This document shows, piece by piece, positions 8,944-18,050 of a stretch of DNA of 64,000 bases (position 1 is the stretch's first letter; the number at the start of each line of letters is the position of its first letter). Source of the DNA: a virus; IMG/VR virus record IMGVR_UViG_3300025736_000010, positions 1 to 64,000 of that record; one strand, given 5' to 3'. The position numbers and the translations under genes were made by a program. The notes beneath the pieces are model-generated. The model had not been told where the DNA came from and did not search any database. It saw only the letters and a program-made list of their open reading frames with translations.

Positions 8944-9287
8944 AATCGCTCTCCCTTTAGTTTCTCTTCCAACGCATCTATATAGTCTTCTCTAGCATCA
9001 ATCATATCTACTAGTTGGCGTTCTTTGTCTTCTAATTCATATATTTTGTTTTCCTGGGCTGTTATTGTAGATTCCATTGCCTTTATTGTTAGGATGCCGT
9101 CAGAGCAATACTCGTATACCATAGTGTTGCCGTTGTCTATTTCGCCGACCGGCCTGATACGCCTAGAACAATTTATCATAGATTCAATTGCTTCGAGTTC
9201 CTTTTCAGCGCCTTCTGCAACGCCAATAAAGAATTTGTCTGAAGTGTCGATGTTTTCGATGCACTTACGAATCCATTTTGTTTTCAT
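8928..9287 (-). CDS. hypothetical coiled-coil protein
   Basis: AAAGGGAG RBS. Confidence 0.7.
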   Translation of the reverse strand: MKTKWIRKCIENIDTSDKFFIGVAEGAEKELEAIESMINCSRRIRPVGEIDNGNTMVYEYCSDGILTIKAMESTITAQENKIYELEDKERQLVDMIDAREDYIDALEEKLKGERLCESN

Positions 9288-9407
9288 TGCAGCACTCCCT
9301 TTTTACGCCAGAAGCGTTCCTGTTATCAATGCGTGAATAATAATACCTATAATACCGCCGATTACCAATCCCCAAATGAACAGACTCGTTCTTCTCATAG
9401 TTCCTCC

Positions 9408-9608
9408 CTATAGCTTCTCGCCCAACTCAAGATCGTAAATGTATCCATCGCTATGCGCCACCCATTGTGTAACGGCCAATACCTTTGAGTTGAATAGGTA
9501 TATAGATGTAAGTCTTCCGCGTCTACAAACAAATGCATACCTACCTTTCCCAGAAATTTCGTAAGCAGTGCCTTTTGTTAGCTTCTTAGCCTCTTCTATG
9601 TAGTTCAT
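9408..9608 (-). CDS. hypothetical protein
   Basis: ATGA overlap with upstream gene. Confidence 0.6.
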   Translation of the reverse strand: MNYIEEAKKLTKGTAYEISGKGRYAFVCRRGRLTSIYLFNSKVLAVTQWVAHSDGYIYDLELGEKL

Positions 9609-9901
9609 GCGTACCAAATTCCACTAGGATTAAACGCCTTATTTCCACAAGTTGGACATTTCTTCTCAAGCGCAATATACACAAGTCCGTAGGTTGAATG
9701 GTTCATAACGCCGATTCCAACTTCGCAACAATGACAATACTTCATTGTGTTGCCTTCAATATCGTTAGCTTTAGTTGTTCGCCTAATCCTATCTTTAATC
9801 ACCGCTTCGTGTTCGGGGCTGTACCACTCGGCAATCCCTGTCATCCCCGCGTAATTCCAGAATGGCAATTGTTTTTCCTCTAACATCTCAATTAAGTTCA
9901 T
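9605..9901 (-). CDS. Zn-finger hypothetical protein
   Basis: CHCC...CPTC. Confidence 0.65.
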   Translation of the reverse strand: MNLIEMLEEKQLPFWNYAGMTGIAEWYSPEHEAVIKDRIRRTTKANDIEGNTMKYCHCCEVGIGVMNHSTYGLVYIALEKKCPTCGNKAFNPSGIWYA

Positions 9902-10258
9902 TCACCGCTTCCCTCCATCATATTCTACTGCTAGCCCTTTTTCAACCATTTCATTGTTGATTGATTTTTCGCCGATGAATATTTCTGCCAAGTATCTTCC
10001 GTACTTTCCTTTCTTGTCCTTATGCGTGCGTATCATTACTTCCTTGCCTTCTATTCTGTTTTGCAGCCATTCTTTGGCGATCATACCTTCTTTGTACTCT
10101 TCTGAGTCTTTTTTCACTCCATACGTTTCCTTCGTGTTGATACCAAATAACCTGCATCGCTCTGTAATGTATACATTGCAACCAAGCGAAATTTCTGCAT
10201 CCACGGTATCTCCATCAACACATTTCGTGATTCGCGCCAAATATACAAATCGTTCCAT
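9902..10258 (-). CDS. thermonuclease (SNase-like) family nuclease
   Basis: DGDTV, RLFGINTKE, KYGRYLA, INNEMVEKGLA motifs. Confidence 0.9.
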   Translation of the reverse strand: MERFVYLARITKCVDGDTVDAEISLGCNVYITERCRLFGINTKETYGVKKDSEEYKEGMIAKEWLQNRIEGKEVMIRTHKDKKGKYGRYLAEIFIGEKSINNEMVEKGLAVEYDGGKR

Positions 10259-10259
10259 A

Positions 10260-10421
10260 TTATTTTCCACTCCTATTGCTATGTATGCATTCATGGCAGA
10301 TATGTCGTCTTTTCAATCCCCTGAATGTTTTTCCACATGCTCTGCACGTATTTATATGATGCCCTGTCTTATGCTTGAAGTCCTTAACCCAGTCTCTATT
10401 ATGTTTTTCGCCGTCTTTCAT
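10260..10421 (-). CDS. small Zn-finger protein (53 aa)
   Basis: CRACGKTF.G.KRRHIC..C; GGAG RBS. Confidence 0.6.
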   Translation of the reverse strand: MKDGEKHNRDWVKDFKHKTGHHINTCRACGKTFRGLKRRHICHECIHSNRSGK

Positions 10422-10726
10422 TATTCTCCATTGTTTTCTTTAATCCACTCAGAGGCTTTCTCTCCACGCAGTGTCGTTTTGTCTACGAACATCACGTAAG
10501 GATAGTTGTCCTTATCTAGAACGCCATGCCCACAACACGCGTTAATAACACCAGGGAGATTTGCTAGGCACGCATCATGCCCATCTATTGTGCTAAACAT
10601 ACCACATCTTTGACATGGCCGTTCATTCGATATTGACGACAGGTCATTGGCGTAAACCCATTCTCCTGAATCTTCGTCGAACCTTGTCTCGTATCCATGG
10701 CAGTGTGAATATCCACCTAGTTTCAT
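10421..10726 (-). CDS. Cys/His-rich phage protein (GHDACL..LPGV.NACCGHG)
   Basis: AAAGGGAG RBS before ATG 10726; the upstream ORF extension is the ncRNA. Confidence 0.8.
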   Translation of the reverse strand: MKLGGYSHCHGYETRFDEDSGEWVYANDLSSISNERPCQRCGMFSTIDGHDACLANLPGVINACCGHGVLDKDNYPYVMFVDKTTLRGEKASEWIKENNGE

Positions 10727-10745
10727 GTTATCTCCCTTTGTTAAT

Positions 10746-10898
10746 GCGGCTGGCCAGATTACTCGCAGTCTCATACCCGCGGAACCACCGTTACAGTCGG
10801 TACTGGCTGGGGCATCGATCTTCGGCGAGCGCGATGTATAGGGTCGCGTGTCTCCCGCCTGCGCTGTTTTTTCCACCTATGCCTATACGTGCAGCCAC
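10746..10898 (-). ncRNA. putative structured RNA B (family with 19796-19924)
   Basis: Begins 6 nt after a consensus -10; closing stem GTGGCTG/CAGCCGC; internal hairpins. Confidence 0.6.
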
Positions 10899-10904
10899 AC
10901 AATA

Positions 10905-10933
10905 ATTATACTACAACCGTTCGATAAAGTCAA
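10905..10933 (-). promoter_or_regulatory. sigma70-type promoter
   Basis: TTGACT-17-TATAAT. Confidence 0.85.
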
Positions 10934-11015
10934 GTGTTTTCATTTAATGTCTCTCCCGCGAACAAAAGCGATAACAACAAGCACTGCAATAGCAAACACT
11001 CCCCAACACTGTAGA

Positions 11016-11318
11016 TTACTCATATTTATAGTCCTCTACATCGCCGTTGTTCTTTTCAATCAATCCCTGTAGGATGTCTTTTTCAAATCTAGTTTCAGCG
11101 TGCGATTTTTCTTCTATTGCAAGTTTTTCCTTACAAACTCGCAAATTTAGAGCAAGGTCCTCAATAAGATCCCTAACTCCCTCTTCCTTTACATCGTCCA
11201 TAAAGTACCCAAGCCATCGTTCTTTGTGCTTTAACGCACGCCTTAATGCTATTCTATCGTACTCAAGCGGCAAAACACATTTTAGATCTATAAACAATCC
11301 AGGCTCGTTGTCTTCCAT
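11016..11318 (-). CDS. hypothetical protein
   Basis: GGAGGT RBS. Confidence 0.7.
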   Translation of the reverse strand: MEDNEPGLFIDLKCVLPLEYDRIALRRALKHKERWLGYFMDDVKEEGVRDLIEDLALNLRVCKEKLAIEEKSHAETRFEKDILQGLIEKNNGDVEDYKYE

Positions 11319-11358
11319 AAAGACCTCCGTTATGTATGCTTTTAGCTCTTTTGTTGCG

Positions 11359-11745
11359 TTACTCTTCTTCGACTGCCTTCACAGCGCAGTAACAGATTAA
11401 GTCAGCGTCAACTACAAGACCATCCCATAGCGTTTCTTGCGCACAGTGCCCTTTTAACCCGGCTTCGTGCGCTATCATGTTCAGCATCCGTACTGTAACA
11501 TCTTCACCGCTTTCCCTAATCGCGCTCAGCACCAAAACACATGCGTTGCGGTCTGTAGTTGACTTAGGTACGAACTGCGTTCCTGTAGCGTGTCCTTTCG
11601 CATTCCTCCATAACATTTCGTCTGAGTTCTCAGCACACTCTGCATGCGAAGTAACGGCTGGCCTTGTCCATCCGCGAAACATTTCTGCCACCAGAAGATT
11701 TTTGTCCACTTCCGCCATCTCATTCCACTCGGCTTTATTCATCAT
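11359..11745 (-). CDS. Phage ABA-sandwich/NinX-like protein
   Basis: LLVAE..GW...PKSTTD.NA...IC..AVKA pattern. Confidence 0.6.
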   Translation of the reverse strand: MMNKAEWNEMAEVDKNLLVAEMFRGWTRPAVTSHAECAENSDEMLWRNAKGHATGTQFVPKSTTDRNACVLVLSAIRESGEDVTVRMLNMIAHEAGLKGHCAQETLWDGLVVDADLICYCAVKAVEEE

Positions 11746-11761
11746 CTCCCCTCCTCGTACA

Positions 11762-11923
11762 TCACAGCTTGATCGACCAGTAGAACTCCTCGTACCCCTT
11801 CTCTTCCTCGGTCAGCACAACCTGAGTGAACACACCGTCGTCATAGTTGAAATAGCCGAACTCGATAGTCGTGTATTCAGTCATCTCGCCGCCCATCATT
11901 GGAACGCTGTGGTATGTTGCCAT
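11762..11923 (-). CDS. small acidic protein (53 aa)
   Basis: AAGGAGG RBS. Confidence 0.55.
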   Translation of the reverse strand: MATYHSVPMMGGEMTEYTTIEFGYFNYDDGVFTQVVLTEEEKGYEEFYWSIKL

Positions 11924-11961
11924 CCTTCCTCCTTATGTAACACAACCGTCATTTTGTTACG

Positions 11962-12225
11962 TTATTCGTCCAAACTAATCAACTTAATCAAAACGCTCAA
12001 TTCGTCGCACTTTTCATCAAACGTAGCGCTAAGAACTTCACCAAAATAAGCCTCGTCATCTATTTCTATAAATGCTTCGCTTCCGACTGCTGAGTGAGAT
12101 TCAGCATTATCAATTTCAGCGAAACAATCCATAGAAACACCAAGAGTCTGGCATCCCTCATAAATATTATCAGCGAACTCAAAATGATTAATCGTGCCAA
12201 TTTCGTTCAAATTAACTATTCCCAT
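11962..12225 (-). CDS. acidic hypothetical protein
   Basis: GGGAGG RBS. Confidence 0.7.
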   Translation of the reverse strand: MGIVNLNEIGTINHFEFADNIYEGCQTLGVSMDCFAEIDNAESHSAVGSEAFIEIDDEAYFGEVLSATFDEKCDELSVLIKLISLDE

Positions 12226-12247
12226 TTGTTCCTCCCTAAGATTTTAA

Positions 12248-12364
12248 GTTGTGTGGATACGTGGCTGTCAGGCAACTTCGTAAGAAGCCAGTCCAGGGAT
12301 TATCCCCATCATACCTTCGACCGCTATTGCGGCCTATCCAGCAGGCCCACGTATCCACCACAAC
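12248..12364 (-). ncRNA. putative structured RNA C
   Basis: Perfect 12-bp closing stem GTGGATACGTGG/CCACGTATCCAC enclosing several hairpins, directly after a promoter. Confidence 0.6.
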
Positions 12365-12367
12365 ATC

Positions 12368-12396
12368 ATTATACACCAATGTCGCCGAAAAGTCAA
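12368..12396 (-). promoter_or_regulatory. sigma70-type promoter
   Basis: TTGACT-17-TATAAT with extended TG. Confidence 0.85.
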
Positions 12397-12405
12397 GGGA
12401 ATTCG

Positions 12406-12624
12406 TTACTTCTTCTGCAAACTTGTAATGCCCCTTAGATGGCCGGAATTTTGGCTCATGTGCTTTAACTCCACTGTTTCGCGACCGTCAAACTCATCAA
12501 TAATCTTCGCAACAGCGTTCACTACCCGCTTTGATGTTAGATCAACTTCGCGCTCCTCGCAACGTGCAATGTAGTCTAGTATTTTATAAGCCAGCTTAAC
12601 ATTCTTATCGGCAGTGTTCGGCAT
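12406..12624 (-). CDS. hypothetical protein
   Basis: GGGGAG RBS. Confidence 0.65.
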   Translation of the reverse strand: MPNTADKNVKLAYKILDYIARCEEREVDLTSKRVVNAVAKIIDEFDGRETVELKHMSQNSGHLRGITSLQKK

Positions 12625-12633
12625 AATCTCCCC

Positions 12634-12945
12634 TTAATCAGTAATCTCTTTTTCTAGAACTAGTTCGAGTTTGCCAGAGACAACAAACTTCCTAGTAACT
12701 TCCTTTGCGCTAACAAGCTCTGGATAATCATCTTCGTCTAGATCGACGATTTTAATAAAATGACCATCCTCGCCTCGTGCATATCCGCGTAATTCTATTT
12801 GAGATAGTTCTTGGACATCTAGTAGGACTTGGAATAGATCTTTTATGTCGATACCGTTGTTGGTCGCGCAAACATCGCCAAGAGAATCCCCTGGAATGTT
12901 TACAATGTCAAGTGTGACTTTGTCGCCTTCAATTAGTTGATTCAT
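12634..12945 (-). CDS. hypothetical acidic protein
   Basis: AAGGAGG RBS. Confidence 0.7.
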   Translation of the reverse strand: MNQLIEGDKVTLDIVNIPGDSLGDVCATNNGIDIKDLFQVLLDVQELSQIELRGYARGEDGHFIKIVDLDEDDYPELVSAKEVTRKFVVSGKLELVLEKEITD

Positions 12946-15270
12946 TTAATCCTCCTTTACTTCATCTTCTTCCGTGTTCGCTATAAATCTAGGTGGCAAT
13001 CCAGCTTTTTCCCTGATGGCATCCTCGATTTTGTTTGCTAATTCTCCGTCCTCTTCGATTGCCTTAGCTGCCTTATTTACCCCCTGTCCAATGTTTTCTT
13101 CTCCAAACGCAAGCCAAGAACCACTCTGTGTTATAACTCCAGTACTTTTGCCGGAATTGATTAAATCGTTGGATCTGACAATGCCCTTTCCGTAAATAAT
13201 ATCCAGCTCGGCCTTTTTGTACGGCGATGCGATCTTGTTTTTGACGATTTCTGCCGTTATGTGACCACCAATACGGTTGTCTCCGTCCTCAATTTTGCCG
13301 TGGTTGAACATTTTTACGCGAACGCTGGTGTAATATTTTAAGGCCCGGCCCCCAGACGTAACTGATCGAGGGCCAAATCCACCACCGCCGATAGCGCTCC
13401 GTAATTGATTTGTGAACACAACCATTGTATTAGATTTAGCTATAGCTCCAGATAATATGCGACAAGCCTGACTCATGAGCCGCGCTTGTTGACCCACGTG
13501 AGCATCTCCAATTTCTCCGGCTAACTCGGCACGGCTAACAAGTGCTGCCACTGAATCGATTATAACTATTCCAATGTCACCGCCGCGAATTAGCTGTTCA
13601 GCAATCTCAAGTGCTTCCTCCCCGCTTGAAGGTTGACATATTAACATATTTTCTAAGTTAACACCAAGAGTTTTGCTATACTCCGCGTCCAGCGAATGCT
13701 CAGTATCAATATATGCGGCCGTCATCCCTCGTTTTTGTGCTTCCGCAACGGAATGCAGGCAAAGGCTTGTATTGTGCGATAGTATCCCGTTAGCAATAAA
13801 ACTGTGTGTCTCTGGGACTACAACGTCAAAAGTGGGTTGTTGACCAGCACTCGTTACATCTACAACCTCTTCATACGTATATTCACTATCTAGCAAATGT
13901 GTAAGATATGAAATAATGGATATGCTCGTTTGCGGCAACGGCCTTCCAATGTTATACGCCCAATCAATTATTTTTGCCAATCTTTGCTTTGAACACTCTA
14001 AGTTAGTTTTTTGTATTATCAAATCTCCTGCTATATCGCCAAATTCTCTGTCTCCGCCACAGTCGTCCCGCAACGCCCTAACAAGCCCATATATATTCGG
14101 TATGTTCTCTGATCGCGGATCATATGTTGATCTCCTAAAGTTATCCTCAACTTGCTTTGCCCTTCTATCTGACCTAAACCCAATCCTCTCTAAAAATCTA
14201 TGAGTTGACGCGGGATTTACAAGTAGAACCCAATAAGTATGGTCATATCCCTTAGCATATTTTGGTGCGATTGTAGCTGATATCCCAAACCCATACAGTA
14301 ACAACTGAATTTCGTGTGCAAGAACTTTCGATGACGACGAGTAGCTAACTGATGAGCATTTCTCCATGCACCCGTCACCATCAAACAGCGCAGACAAGAA
14401 TGCGGCCTGTACATTTATCCCGCCAGTCCTGACACAGTGAGGGACTGACTTATAATGAGAAGTCACATAGTCCAACCCATATCTATCATATACTTCTGTG
14501 CGTATTTTTTTGCTATAAACTGCGTGTTCTTTTCCGTGGTAGTGGTGAACTTCTGCCCCAAATAGGTTTTCCATTAAACTAGTAAATTCAGCCGTAATTT
14601 GCGGGTCCTGCTTTGAGAACCTAAGTGTGTTTTTCCCAGCTATGTGCCCCTCGGCAATCAAATGTCCTAGCAAGAGCGCCTCGTCTAAGCTTATATTTTC
14701 ATCTGTCTTTGATTCAGTCGCCCCAAACAATGCTGAAACTACCATATCTCCTTTTTTTATGTCCCCAACCTTGCGCCACACAATGAACCCAGAAGAATCT
14801 ATCACTCGCAAAGGGTGATTCTGCGTAGCTGTTATCGTTCTTCCAGAACGTAATTTTACACTAAATACACTTCGTCTATTATTATGCGTTATAACAGATA
14901 TATTTTCTAGAGCGCCATTCTCGTTAACCATCTGTATATTTTTACCAGATACGTCTGTTGTTCTGGAAGTACATGTTGCCGGTTCTCCTGCCCTGTCAAA
15001 AAGCTCTGATATAGTCTCTAACCCAGCGTCTGTCCACACATAAGTGTCGGCAGTTAGGCATTTCCCGCACGCCTCATTTCCGAATATTTCGATTATCCGT
15101 CCTTTTGGAAACCCCCCTGCGCCCAATGCAATGTCTAACGCCAAAGATCCGGTGGGAACAACCTCAATCTTCTTAATTGGATGCTCGCCAGCCATCCACA
15201 TTACGCTACCCTCGCCGTATGTTTTCTTGATTTGTGCTAACGTCTTTTCTAACGACTTCCTATCACCCAT
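12946..15270 (-). CDS. recA: RecA recombinase containing an intein
   Basis: TGSLALDIALG, GRIIEIFG, Walker A GNEACGK/T, IDSVAAL, GGRALKYY, KNKIASP. Confidence 0.97.
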   Translation of the reverse strand: MGDRKSLEKTLAQIKKTYGEGSVMWMAGEHPIKKIEVVPTGSLALDIALGAGGFPKGRIIEIFGNEACGKCLTADTYVWTDAGLETISELFDRAGEPATCTSRTTDVSGKNIQMVNENGALENISVITHNNRRSVFSVKLRSGRTITATQNHPLRVIDSSGFIVWRKVGDIKKGDMVVSALFGATESKTDENISLDEALLLGHLIAEGHIAGKNTLRFSKQDPQITAEFTSLMENLFGAEVHHYHGKEHAVYSKKIRTEVYDRYGLDYVTSHYKSVPHCVRTGGINVQAAFLSALFDGDGCMEKCSSVSYSSSSKVLAHEIQLLLYGFGISATIAPKYAKGYDHTYWVLLVNPASTHRFLERIGFRSDRRAKQVEDNFRRSTYDPRSENIPNIYGLVRALRDDCGGDREFGDIAGDLIIQKTNLECSKQRLAKIIDWAYNIGRPLPQTSISIISYLTHLLDSEYTYEEVVDVTSAGQQPTFDVVVPETHSFIANGILSHNTSLCLHSVAEAQKRGMTAAYIDTEHSLDAEYSKTLGVNLENMLICQPSSGEEALEIAEQLIRGGDIGIVIIDSVAALVSRAELAGEIGDAHVGQQARLMSQACRILSGAIAKSNTMVVFTNQLRSAIGGGGFGPRSVTSGGRALKYYTSVRVKMFNHGKIEDGDNRIGGHITAEIVKNKIASPYKKAELDIIYGKGIVRSNDLINSGKSTGVITQSGSWLAFGEENIGQGVNKAAKAIEEDGELANKIEDAIREKAGLPPRFIANTEEDEVKED
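13771..15060 (-). mobile_element. 430-aa intein with LAGLIDADG endonuclease, inserted in the RecA P-loop
   Basis: Starts CLTADT; T.NHP block; LLGHLIAEG and FLSALFDGDG; ends SHN followed by Thr+1. Confidence 0.95.
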
Positions 15271-15484
15271 TATTACCCTCCACTATTTCCTTCGCCGATT
15301 TCTTAGCTTTCTTTAATGCTTTCGTATAACCCCTTCCCACGTATGTAATCCCAACATTCCTCGATATCAATCGTTCTGTTTCATTCGACTTACATTCAGG
15401 GCACTCTACTTTAGTTTCATTTACTTTGTATGTTCCTTTGAATTCTTTATTACATTTAGTACACTTAAACCGGTAAATTGGCAT
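15263..15484 (-). CDS. FmdB-family zinc-ribbon protein
   Basis: MPIY.F.C..C..EF...CPEC.S...RLIS. Confidence 0.85.
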   Translation of the reverse strand: MPIYRFKCTKCNKEFKGTYKVNETKVECPECKSNETERLISRNVGITYVGRGYTKALKKAKKSAKEIVEGNNG

Positions 15485-15928
15485 CTATTCGTTCTCCATT
15501 GCCATTATAAACGCTTTTGTTATTGCTCTTGGCGCTGTGTCTGGTCCGCTTTCAGCTACAACATCCCATGTAGCATGACCGTTTATTGGCTCAATCTTTC
15601 CCATTACAACAGCAGCCCATCCGCCTTCATCAAGTTCATATACTGACCAGCGGCATCCCGGAACGTAGTTAGTTAGTTTCCACGAGGCAGTAATGCAGTT
15701 AGGATAATCGTCTACAACGTCAAACATATTTTCGCCATCGCCAACTAGCCAGCCCCCGCACTCTTGCTCTGGGCCACTATCGGGCTTCCCGCAAACTGCT
15801 TCAAACATAACGTCTTCCATAATCAGGTTATTTACCAAACGAACAGCAACGTCTTCCCATCCACTAAGCTCTGCCGCCTTAACACACAACTCCTCATCTG
15901 TCATTGCGTTTATTTCTTTTCTATTCAT
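15485..15928 (-). CDS. Phage ABA-sandwich/NinX-like protein
   Basis: DEEL...AAELSGW...DY...I.ASW.L...TAPRAITKAFI. Confidence 0.7.
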   Translation of the reverse strand: MNRKEINAMTDEELCVKAAELSGWEDVAVRLVNNLIMEDVMFEAVCGKPDSGPEQECGGWLVGDGENMFDVVDDYPNCITASWKLTNYVPGCRWSVYELDEGGWAAVVMGKIEPINGHATWDVVAESGPDTAPRAITKAFIMAMENE

Positions 15929-16184
15929 TTTTGTTTTCCGCCGCCTCATAAAGCATATTATGTATTACCATTCCGCCAGCCGCGTATATCGCCGAGTATG
16001 CTTTTGCACTCCATCCAAATTCGCTATAAAGCATATGCCGGAACGTAGATTCAGTTTGTGCGTGGTCAACTAACGTGCGGAATACAACAACAGCCGCTTG
16101 TATCTGTTCTGTTTCAGTTAATCCTTCCCAGAACTTTTCAGCGCCGTAATAGTCATAGATAGCTTTCGTTTCTTTAGCTTCCAT
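15921..16184 (-). CDS. hypothetical protein
   Basis: AAGGAG RBS. Confidence 0.65.
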   Translation of the reverse strand: MEAKETKAIYDYYGAEKFWEGLTETEQIQAAVVVFRTLVDHAQTESTFRHMLYSEFGWSAKAYSAIYAAGGMVIHNMLYEAAENKNE

Positions 16185-16488
16185 CACGCTCTCCTTCCGC
16201 AACATAAACATTCCCGTCGAAATCCATCGCAATACTATCTTTTTCAAGCGTATCTACTTCTTGCAGCCTAAATCCTTTTACGCACCCACACGGAGTTACC
16301 CTATCCACTGCAATATATCTTCCAGTATACCCACGTCCGAAGCAGCGCTTACAATTTTCAGCAGGCTTTTGTGTGATTACAAAGACAACCTTCTCCTTAT
16401 AGTCTTCCATTCCGTATTTTTGAATTAGCACCGCTTCATACAGGAATAACTTCTCCCACATTGTCATTATCGACTCTTGTTTCATCAT
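16174..16488 (-). CDS. hypothetical protein with CxxCxGxG Zn motif
   Basis: CKRCFGRG...PCGC; AAAGGAG RBS. Confidence 0.7.
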   Translation of the reverse strand: MMKQESIMTMWEKLFLYEAVLIQKYGMEDYKEKVVFVITQKPAENCKRCFGRGYTGRYIAVDRVTPCGCVKGFRLQEVDTLEKDSIAMDFDGNVYVAEGERDGS

Positions 16489-16701
16489 CTGGGAACACTC
16501 TCCTTTAACAAATGTTTTCTGGCCCGTGATATGTCTTTTTTGACGATCTAAATTTATCAATAGCTTTCCACGCGTTTATAAGATCACATGCGGCCTCCTT
16601 AGACATCCATCCAGATTCACAGTTGTCCCAAAACAAAAATGACTTACATTCAGGACTGTACTTGTCTCCCTTTTTTGACTATTCGGTATTTTGTCATGTC
16701 C

Positions 16702-17550
16702 TCACTCTCCTTTACCCAGATCGTCAAATACTCTTTTTATTGCATCTGGATTTAACTCAAATAGAAGTACTTTAAGATAAGCTTTACTTATTGCAATTGG
16801 CAGCCGCTTGGAGTGTCCAGAATATACTGTTTCGTCTTTAGTGAACGAACATGTATACGCTCCGTCTACTAGCGACTCCCTTGTTGATAATCTGAATCCC
16901 TGCGGTTTCAAGTCGGACACAAGTAACAGTGCGCGGGTAATATCGCTATAGTCTAGAATCGGCTCAAGGACTGGTGTTTCTCCCTTTCCGCATCCATTCT
17001 TACATGTTACTGGCCATGCTATGTCTTGGTCTCTGTCAATTTCTACTTTTGTGAAATTGTTGAGTTCGTCTATTGTCATTGCAAACATTTCAGTTGCGAA
17101 GTAATAACAAGGCCATTCTTTATCGTATATTGATATTCCGTGCGCTCTTGCTATTGCTAGGATAAGTTCGCTTACATGCATTCCGTCGATTTGCTTTCCA
17201 AACTGTGTTTCATCAGTTACTTCATTTGAGTTCGCGGCTTTGTACTTAGCAACCTCTAGCTCATACTTTTCCATTAGGGATTGAATGAAATCATTGGATT
17301 CGTATGGATTGTCGCCAATAAGCATAACATCTGTTATAACTGAGAATAAGTCATCCAAAGGAAGTGGTTCTCCTATAGTACTCTCCTTCATAAAGCTCAT
17401 AGCTCGTAGGAGAGAATCAATTAGATCGCCTTCCATGTTCTTATACTTTTCTGTAGTATCTGATAACAGCTCACCAACAGACTGCTTGTTAACAAACTCT
17501 TTTACTTCATCGCGCACCCACTCTATTACATTCTTACTCACTATTATCAC
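16702..17550 (-). CDS. protein with C-terminal ABA-sandwich/NinX-like domain
   Basis: DYSDITRAL.L...LPIAISKAYL. Confidence 0.65.
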   Translation of the reverse strand: MIIVSKNVIEWVRDEVKEFVNKQSVGELLSDTTEKYKNMEGDLIDSLLRAMSFMKESTIGEPLPLDDLFSVITDVMLIGDNPYESNDFIQSLMEKYELEVAKYKAANSNEVTDETQFGKQIDGMHVSELILAIARAHGISIYDKEWPCYYFATEMFAMTIDELNNFTKVEIDRDQDIAWPVTCKNGCGKGETPVLEPILDYSDITRALLLVSDLKPQGFRLSTRESLVDGAYTCSFTKDETVYSGHSKRLPIAISKAYLKVLLFELNPDAIKRVFDDLGKGE

Positions 17551-17728
17551 CTAGCCGTTCCAACGTATCTAGAAAATCTTGCCAGTGGCAATCTGTGCTG
17601 TCTGCGTCGTTCTCTGCATCGCCTAAATAATCAAACCATACTTCACCAGCCCTGTGAAAATTATCCCAGAACGCAGCTTTGATCTGTTCTATACTGAACA
17701 GTCTATCGTCTAGTATGTTTTTATTCAT
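17534..17728 (-). CDS. hypothetical protein
   Basis: GGGAG RBS. Confidence 0.65.
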   Translation of the reverse strand: MNKNILDDRLFSIEQIKAAFWDNFHRAGEVWFDYLGDAENDADSTDCHWQDFLDTLERLGDNSE

Positions 17729-18050
17729 TTGACTCCCACATAACACACCCGAAGAAAGCATTGGTGTCAACTACGCCGTACTCCTCATCATCCATTAACG
17801 TATCTTCTTCTCGAACTCTAACACACTTTCCCCAATCGCAACTGCTCTTAACGCGCTTGCCGCTTACTGCGCTAGCAAGAGTGTTGCTGTCATCCCACCA
17901 TACGCAATCTTTGCATCTGCCGACAACCATTGCTCCGTCCATTATGTTGATAAGGCACCCAGGCTTTAGGTTAAATTGATTTATTACGTGGTCAAACCTC
18001 GCAGCTCGTCCTTGATAATTAGCGCAGAAATAACCATCGCAACCTCCCAT
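17721..18050 (-). CDS. Cys-rich phage protein (RCKDC.WW...FGC..W)
   Basis: GGGAGG RBS. Confidence 0.7.
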   Translation of the reverse strand: MGGCDGYFCANYQGRAARFDHVINQFNLKPGCLINIMDGAMVVGRCKDCVWWDDSNTLASAVSGKRVKSSCDWGKCVRVREEDTLMDDEEYGVVDTNAFFGCVMWESNE

